The notes under the pieces: model-generated
The model's database searches: none
What the model saw: the letters and a program-made list of their open reading frames with translations, nothing else
What the model was told of the DNA's origin: nothing
Position numbers and translations under genes: made by a program
Origin: Octopus sinensis
Lineage: Eukaryota
Direction of reading: 5' to 3'
Length of the DNA: 14,718 bases
Assembly: GCF_006345805.1 (NCBI RefSeq)
Contig: NW_021825743.1
Location: 1 to 14,718 of the forward strand
In this document: positions 7,861 to 14,718 of the stretch, one piece after another
Layout of the letters: each line of letters begins with the position of its first letter
How positions within the stretch are numbered: the stretch's first letter is position 1

Positions 7861-8650
7861 CTTGGGACATAACACAGAAAGCATGTAATTCTTTTTTACT
7901 TGTTGGCAGTGGCATGTGAATGATTGCTTGTACCTTGGTTGGATCTTGTTTTATCCCTTCGCTGGTTAATATATGCCCAAGGTACTTGATTTGTGATTCA
8001 TAGAAGATACACTTTGATTTATTTAACTTTAATTTCCGTGCTTTCGGATTCGATCGAAAACTTGTTGTAGTCTATTTGTGTGTTCTTCTAAGTGTTGGAA
8101 TGGACCAGATTATGATGTCATCCTGTGAATTTCTTGCTCCTTCTATGCCCTCTATTATTTTTTGAAATTTCTTTTTGGAAAACTTCACTGGCGCTGTGAA
8201 TTCCAAAGGGTAGTCGTGTGAAGCGATACCTTCAAAAGGTGTGTTGAACGTTAAAAGATGGGAGCTTTCTTCGTCAACTGGAATTTTGCCAGTATCCATT
8301 AGATGCATCGAGTTTTGAAAAATATTTAGGGTTATGCATTGTGCAAAAATGTCCTCCGCTGTAGGGAGTTTGAAATGTTGCCTTTTTATGGCTTTGTTTA
8401 GATTCTTGGGGTCTAAACAAAGTCGGAGTTTTCCGTTGGCTTTTTCAACGATGACTAGGGAATTACCCAGTCTGTAGGTTCACTAACAGTTTTTATGGTA
8501 TCTAATTCTGTCATTCTTTTTATTTCTTTGTTGAGTTTTTTCTTTTATAGAAAAAGGAACCGATCTTGGTGGATGAATTACAGGAGTTATTTGTGGATCC
8601 ACTGTGATATGATGTGTTATTGACAAAGTGCCGATTTCTCCGAAACAGTC
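7861..8650 (-). pseudogene. Gypsy reverse transcriptase, frameshifted
   Basis: PTDWVISLVIVEKANGKLRLCLDPKNLNKAIKRQHFKLPT, IPVDEESSHLLTFNTPF, RNSQDDIIIW (8117-8128 = SQDD), NKSKCIF..IKYLGHILTSEGIKQDPTKVQAI. Confidence 0.92.
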
Positions 8651-8689
8651 TTCATTTTTTCTAACATGTCGTTTGTTTCGACGAATTTA

Positions 8690-8990
8690 TTTTTGAAATT
8701 CTCTGAATCAGGTTCAGATCTTTTGCTGTCTTTGCATCTATAACTGCGTGCGAGTTTGTTTTTGCCAACAATGAATTTTATTTGCTTTGATAATTCTTTG
8801 TATTTAATGACTGCTGTGCATTTTCTAGCACTTTTATAGCTGTTATTATAAGCTGATAATCGAGTTGAAGTTTTTTGCAGTTGTGGTTTTGGAATTATAT
8901 TTCTATATTCTCTGAATGGCAGTACGGTTACGTCTGCTCCTGTATCTATTTTGAATGTTACATTCGAGTTGTTCACTTTTAGTTCGACCG
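8690..8990 (-). pseudogene. Gypsy aspartic protease
   Basis: VTFKIDTGADVTVLP, with catalytic DTG at about 8938-8946. Confidence 0.9.
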
Positions 8991-9099
8991 TCCAAATCTT
9001 TTGGAGTCTTGAACTTTTCGATTTTGTTGCACGCGGAATTATTTGCAGTGATCATTTCGAGTACATGTGTATCGTCATCTGATTCATCGTCGGTATGTA

Positions 9100-9944
9100 T
9101 CTCTACTTTATGTACAAATTTTCTTGATTTGCACATTTTTGCATAGTGTCCTTGTTTCTTGCATTTTCACATGTCTTGTGAAATGCTGGGCATTTATTTC
9201 TTTGTGATATATAACCACAATAGTGACAGTTAGTGACGTAGTGTTGACTTGGCGCTTGAAACTTCGCGGGCTTTCTGTCACTTCCGCCTTGTTCGTTTTG
9301 ATGTCTGGATTGCATATGGCGGGTTATTTGAGTTTTGGCGCCTTTTCTGTCGTGTTGACTATATACCCTCGAGATTTCGTATCTCTTTTTTCGGATGTGG
9401 CATTTAGCATCCTTGATTGGAGTCGTGTTTGCTCTGCACTCTGACCTGCTTGAATTGTTTTTTGTAGGTCTAAATTTGGTTCTCTCAATAATCTTTCTTT
9501 AATCTCATGTCTCTGATTCCACATATCAGAATATCTTTGGTGAGACTGTCTGTGAGGTTGCCGAATTCGCACTGTTGTGCCTTTTGGCGCAACTCTACTA
9601 CGTACTCATCGAATTTTTGATGTTCCGCTTGTCCACATGTGAAGAATTTGTGTCTTAGGAAAGTTGTTTTTTCCTGGGTTCACAATATGCATCGAATTTT
9701 TCGATTCTGTCTGAAGGTTCATTCTTCGTCGGGTGAATCGAAATCCAGTGTGGAATGGATATCTCGGCCTTTAGAACCGATGCAAGTTAAAAACATTGAA
9801 GTTTTTACTTTGTCTGGCTTCATGTCACTTTCTGTTGCTATCAAAAGAGATTGAATTCTTTTTTTCTTTTTTCCACTTTTTCCATGCTGCGGCTAGATTT
9901 TCCTGATTAAAGTCTAGGTCTTTTGGATGCGGTAAATTTTCCAT
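9100..9944 (-). pseudogene. Gypsy (Mag-like) gag with double zinc knuckle
   Basis: ATG at 9944: MENLPHPKDLDFNQENLAAAWKKWK..FLTCIGSKG..FDAYCEPRKN..LRHKFFT..CEFGNL..LICGIRD..KERLLRE. CHYCG..KCPAFHKTC and GHYAKMC (frameshifted) near 9100-9230. Confidence 0.88.
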
Positions 9945-10011
9945 TTCGTCTTTGAAGTATGATTTCAACTTCTTTTTTCCTTTGGTTTCTGTATTTTGGG
10001 TTCTTTTAGTA

Positions 10012-10022
10012 TTCTGACACCA
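10012..10022 (-). promoter_or_regulatory. Primer-binding site complementary to the tRNA-Leu 3' end
   Basis: TGGTGTCAGAA directly after the LTR. Eukaryotic tRNA-Leu(CAA) ends ..TTCTGACA-CCA. Confidence 0.8.
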
Positions 10023-10259
10023 TGTTGTTGTTATATATATATAATGTATTGAGTATTAAGGAAGTAGTGAGTACTTAGTATGAAAGATTAAGAAAATGAG
10101 AGAGACTGAAACAAACGTGTTAACGATACAAGATACTTTATTCGACTGCCGTTGTTGTACAAGTTAATTGTTTTGGCGGGAAACAAAGTGAAAGTCCTTT
10201 TATCAAGGGAGACAATGGGCGACGTTGATTGTTCATGTTTGTGTGATGATTATATAACA
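10023..10259 (-). mobile_element. 5' LTR (~231-237 bp)
   Basis: Starts TGTTATATA (10259-10251) with matching TATATAACA (10037-10029), then ACAACA up to the PBS. AATAAA at 10137-10142 on the minus strand. Confidence 0.8.
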
Positions 10260-10300
10260 AGCCACAGTCAAACGACTGAAACAAGTAAAAGAGTAAATTA
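10260..10300 (+). mobile_element. Terminal fragment of the SINE tail module
   Basis: GCCACAGTCAAACGACTGAAACAAGTAAAAGAGTAAA matches ACCACAGTCTAATGACTGAAAC (4665-4686). Confidence 0.6.
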
Positions 10301-10529
10301 CATTAAGTAACTTTTATCAGTTGAACCGCTTTTAATACTGGGAGTTCGGGCTAAATTTGACAATATTTTACGTCTCCCCCGCTTTTTTTTTTTTTTTTTC
10401 AGGAATAACTTGATGTATTGGTGAACAGTCCACAGCAATGGAAAGCATAAAGATTAAAGACGCAGTTAGGAAAAAGTTAGTCGATATGGAAAATGGAAGT
10501 CAACTGAATATTGGAATACTTGTATCGCG

Positions 10530-11435
10530 ATGATTCGTGCCAGATATCAAAATTGGAATTAGAACCATTTTACGCTACCTGTGAGAAAAAAAGGAGTGTG
10601 AGAACAGCGGCAAAAAAGTTAATGATGTAGAAGGCCCTAAAAACTGTCAACAAATCTGTAACACAAAACTAGTTCAGTTTTTTCAAAGAAGGTGACACCA
10701 GCGTCGAAGACAAACCAAGGTCAGCGAAATCTACTCTTGTGAAAGACGAGGTTTTGCTTGAAGTGGTTGAACAACAGCCGAGTACAACAAGCAACCGTGC
10801 ATTGTCTGCAGAACTTGGTTCTCCACAAACCTCTTTCAATCGACGCTTCCATAAGCTCGGCCTTGTGAACAGACGCTGCCAAGTAGCTCTTCATGGACTA
10901 ACCAATGACCTGACTCAACGTATAAATACTTTCAAACAACTGCAAGCAAATCCTCGAGGTGCTTTTTTTGGCGTAGAATCGTAACTAAGAATGAAAAATG
11001 AATCTATTTCCGCAATCATAAGTTAGGAAATCAGTGGCTTCGTTCCTGCCTGGCTACGGAACTTGTCAAACAAAGACAGTTTGAACAGAAGGTCATGTGT
11101 GTTTGGCGAAACGGTGTGTTGCACTTTGAGCTTGTCCCATTTATGCTCGAAAACTGCAGCGAGTATATGATGCATATGATGCTACTCGGAGTTAGTCAAT
11201 GGAAGACTTATACTCCTACAGCATAACAATGCTTCGGCGCAACCTGCTAATGTGACCGAGCGCAAACTTAAGGAACCGGAGGGGTTGGATGTGCTACCTC
11301 CCTCTGCTTACATCCAGACCTTGCGCCATCAGATTACCACCTTTTTCAAGCTTTGGCTAATTTTTTGCACGGACAGGGGTTCAACAATATGGATGAAGTT
11401 GAAAACGGATGCAGGGAGTTTTCTTGCCTTTAAAC
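10530..11435 (+). pseudogene. Second decayed mariner transposase (DEKW type: mauritiana/mellifera/cecropia-like)
   Basis: IGIRTILRYL*EK, FKEGDTSVEDKPRS, RRIVTKNEK*IYF (DEKW, D>N), QKVMC.VW, LLQHNNA (HDNA, D>N), PDLAPSDYHLFQALANFLHGQGFNNMDEV. The 3' end is lost to a microsatellite. Confidence 0.92.
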
Positions 11436-11443
11436 AAGCTAAA

Positions 11444-11682
11444 ATGCATGTATGTATGTTTGTATGTATGTATGTATGTATGTATGTATGTATGTATGTA
11501 TGTATGTATGTATGTATGTATGTATGTATGTATGCATGTATGTATGCATGTATGTATCTATGCATGTATGTATGCATGTATGTATGTATGCATGTAATAA
11601 TATAAATAATATATAAATATATACATATATACATATATATATGTACATACCTACATATATATGCATATATGCATTCATATAT
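11444..11682. repeat. (TATG)n / (TACA)n / AT-rich compound microsatellite
   Basis: Direct reading. Confidence 0.97.
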
Positions 11683-12175
11683 GGGTACAGGACATCAAAA
11701 AATGTTGAACACAATGAAAAACGAAAACATAAAAACAAAAACATAGAAACGAACTTTTTTTCGAACAATGAAAAAAACCAGCAGAGAAACGAGACATACA
11801 ACATAAAGAATATTCCCCTTCTTCAATTGTCCATGCTTCAACTACTACGCGTTCGAAGGCAAGGACAAGACGCGACTTCGTTGAAACCGTCCTTCCCGCA
11901 AAGCAAATTAAATAAAATTTGGGATTTTTTGCGGAGAGTGAAAGTGGTAACAAGAACAGGACAGTAAGAACAAAACAGTAAAAACAACGAAAAAGTAAAA
12001 ACAGTAAAAGACAGAACAATGAGAACAAAACGGTAAAAACAAACGATGAGGGTTGTTAAGCTAAGACGATGGAAAAATTATTGTGAACGCTTAAGGAGAC
12101 AGCTTATGAAGAGACAGGTAAGCTGGTTTGATCTTAGTCGGAAAGATGGCTATTCTCTGATCACGTGTCAGCGAC

Positions 12176-12324
12176 GAGAGAGTCGAGGAGGAGGAGGAGT
12201 AAGAGAGAGGGAACGGTGAAGGGGAGAGAAGAATAGGGAAGGGTGGGAGAGAAAACCAGAAAGGATGAAGAACAAGAGAGGGAGAAAGATAGACAGAGAA
12301 GAGATAGACAGAGAAGAGATAGAG
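12176..12324. repeat. Purine-rich (GA) low-complexity tract with a 15-bp tandem repeat
   Basis: AGATAGACAGAGAAG at 12287-12301 and 12302-12316, partial third copy to 12324. Confidence 0.85.
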
Positions 12325-12481
12325 TGCGCATCGTAATTATTAAGATAAAACTTACTTGGAAAAGGAAGCGTGGCGTTCAATCATATAGAAATATAAATAA
12401 TATATAAATATGTGCATATATACATACATATACGTACATATGTATGTATGCATTCATGTATATTTGTATGTATGTTTGTAT

Positions 12482-12607
12482 GCATGGTTTCTTGTTCAGA
12501 GATCCCACTGTGCAGTACCTTGGGCAAGTGTCTTCTACTATAGCCTCGGCTGACCAAAGCCTTTTGAATGGAATTGGTAGACGGAGATTGAAAGAAGCCT
12601 GTCGTAT

Positions 12608-12669
<62 letters not shown>

Positions 12670-12692
12670 CTGTTGTGTCTGGGGAGAGTAAT
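12482..12692 (+). mobile_element. 5'-truncated family B SINE plus (TA)n and short 3' extension
   Basis: Body 12482-12604, TA tract 12605-12669, then TGTTGTGTCTGGGGAGAGTAAT. Confidence 0.85.
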
Positions 12693-12693
12693 A

Positions 12694-12944
12694 CATGCAT
12701 GTATGTATGTATATATGGTATGTATGATGTATGATGTATGTTATTATTGTATATATTGTATGTATGTATGCATGTATGTATGTATGTATGTATGTGTATA
12801 TATATGTATGTATGTATGCATGTATGTATGTATGTATGTATGTATGTGTATATATATGTATGTATGTATGCATGTATGTATGTATGTGTATATATATGTA
12901 TGTATGTATGCATGTATGTATGTATGTATGTATGTATGTATGAG

Positions 12945-12980
<36 letters not shown>

Positions 12981-13079
12981 TGTATGTGTATATATATATG
13001 TATGTATGTAATGTATGTATGTATGCATGTATATATGTATGTGTATGTATGTATGTATGTATATGTATGTATGTATGTG

Positions 13080-13115
<36 letters not shown>

Positions 13116-13309
13116 TGTATGTATGTATGTATGTGTATATATATGTATGTATGTATGTAATGTATGTATGTATGCATGTATATATGTATGTGTAGTAATG
13201 TATGTATGTATATGTATGTAGTATGTTTATATATATGTAGTATGTATGTATGTATGTATGTATGTATGTATGTATGTATGTATGTATGTATGTATATGTA
13301 TGTTGTATG

Positions 13310-13345
<36 letters not shown>

Positions 13346-13408
13346 TGTATGTAGTGTATGTATGCATGCATGTATGTATGTATGTATGTATGTATGCTGT
13401 ATGCATGC
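12694..13408. repeat. ~715-bp (TATG)n compound satellite with higher-order units
   Basis: Direct reading; recurrent GTGTATATATATGTATG and GCATG interruptions. Confidence 0.97.
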
Positions 13409-13554
13409 ACCAACGACGTTTATATTTGTTTAGATGCTTTCATACACAAGTTTGTTTATATTAATATCTTTTTGCTTAAAACAGTTGTTTGTACCAATGT
13501 ACACATTGTATGTAAGATTGCTGCCCCGTTATCTCTACATGCACACTTTTCTCC

Positions 13555-13555
13555 T

Positions 13556-13587
<32 letters not shown>

Positions 13588-13589
13588 TT
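13555..13589. repeat. (TTTC)n microsatellite
   Basis: Direct reading. Confidence 0.95.
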
Positions 13590-13886
13590 ATTTTGTAAAT
13601 TTAATGTCTCATATTTCTCCAAGAATTTTATTTGCACAATCGACTAAAACTGCTTCAACTGAATAACAAGTGGATAAAAATCAGATTTGCACTGTTATTC
13701 AAAAACGTTTTGAAATCTACAAGTTGCGACTCGGTACTTGCATGAGAGTACCATTTCAAGTGAATCATTTGAATGATAAAAGTAAAAGCACCGCTCAGCA
13801 ATTCCTTTATGCTGCTGTCAGTTTAACAGCTTCCCAAGTAGTAATCCAACGCCTTTTAATGTGTGACTAAAGTGACATTAACAACA

Positions 13887-14041
13887 GGCGTGCTATGTGG
13901 TAAGAAGTTTCCTTTCTAAACGCATGGCTCCTTGTTCAGTCCCCACTGTGCAGTACCTTGGGCAAGTGTCTTCTACTATAGCCCGGGCCGACCAAAGCCT
14001 TGTGAGTGGAATTGGTAGACGGAAACTGAAAGAAGCCTGTC

Positions 14042-14129
<88 letters not shown>

Positions 14130-14144
14130 GTCTGGGGGAGTAAT
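13887..14144 (+). mobile_element. Family B SINE plus (TA)n and short 3' extension
   Basis: Body 13887-14042, TA tract 14043-14122, then TTGTTGTGTCTGGGGGAGTAAT. Confidence 0.88.
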
Positions 14145-14347
14145 GGGTATTCTATTTCAGATATATACGAACAAAATAACCTAATGAGTACATCTAAAAG
14201 TAAACTCATGGTATCCATTTGTACATCTTCTACTATAGCCTACTAAGGGAGTATAACTCTAAACTTACAGGGAAAAATTCAATTTAGTATTAAATCAAAT
14301 TTCTTTAATTCATATTTTGTATATATATATATATAATATATAATATT

Positions 14348-14718
14348 CAGGGGCGTGCACTCTCTCAATGCAAGGTATGCGCTGCATGCCTTCCTGTTTC
14401 AAGAAAATACGTCCAGTTGTTTAGAAATATGTCTCCACTTCGTACATCTGCTTTGTAAATGCTTTTAGAAGATCGCATGATACACACTCCCTCTTTGTCT
14501 GTATTAGTTTGTCCTCCTTCCTCTCTCTCTCTCTCTCTATCTTAGTGACTCGATAAATTTATCGCTTGTCATGCGTTGGGGAAGACAGCATGAGTCCCCT
14601 TCTCTCTGTCTTTGATAGTTTGTCCCTTCTCCCTCTTTCTTTGTTTAAAAGATATACTACGAGGAATGGTCACCCCCTTCTCTCTCAGCGATTCGACAAA
14701 TTCAGTTTGGCGTGTCAT
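14348..14718 (+). other. Possible end of a DNA transposon (hAT/MITE-like) with subterminal repeats
   Basis: Starts CAGGGGCGTGCAC, contains quasi-palindrome GGTATGC-GCT-GCATGCC (14374-14390) and reiterated motifs downstream. The partner end is not in the window. Confidence 0.3.

Larger units (their letters stand above)
7861..10259 (-). mobile_element. Ty3/gypsy (Mag-like) LTR retrotransposon, 5' half only, degraded
   Basis: In order on the minus strand: LTR, PBS, gag, aspartic protease, RT. Ends in the RT thumb; no RNase H, integrase or 3' LTR in the window. Confidence 0.93.

Noticed and set aside
10335-10365. Possible 5' TIR of the second mariner (TA-CTGGGAGTTCGGGC..)
   Set aside because: No matching 3' TIR is visible, so it cannot be supported.
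11329-13464. Many long ORFs (MYVC../HTYI.. repeats, up to 291 aa)
   Set aside because: They are stop-free translations of (TATG)n/(CATA)n microsatellites with no coding signature.
13670-13870. 66-aa ORF in unique sequence
   Set aside because: GTG start, no recognisable motif, length expected by chance.
1-14718. CRISPR array, rRNA, bacterial operon, promoter or terminator features
   Set aside because: No regular repeat-spacer array or rRNA similarity. The content is metazoan transposon debris.

Overview
Eukaryotic, repeat-saturated, apparently non-genic DNA. No intact host gene, rRNA, intact tRNA or CRISPR array is recognisable. The SINE types, together with mariner, RTE, L1/Tx1 and Mag-type gypsy relics and abundant TA/TATG/TATC/CA microsatellites, suggest a coleoid cephalopod, probably Octopus (inference from remembered repeat sequences, not a database search). 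In order: a SINE dimer; a decayed irritans-like mariner interrupted by a young GC-rich RTE 3' end with an 11-bp TSD; a tRNA-headed SINE placed head-to-head against a tRNA-Tyr 5'-half relic; an L1/Tx1-like ORF1-ORF2 relic split by one arm of a ~0.95-1.0 kb inverted repeat (arms ~3822-4769 and ~5321-6340); further SINEs, one with a clear TSD; the 5' half of a Mag-like Ty3/gypsy element (LTR, tRNA-Leu PBS, gag, protease, RT); a second mariner; long microsatellites; and two sister CORE-type SINEs. The most unusual structure is the long inverted repeat, whose arms are about 1% diverged in the middle but about 9% diverged next to the spacer. All alignments and counts were done by eye and are approximate.
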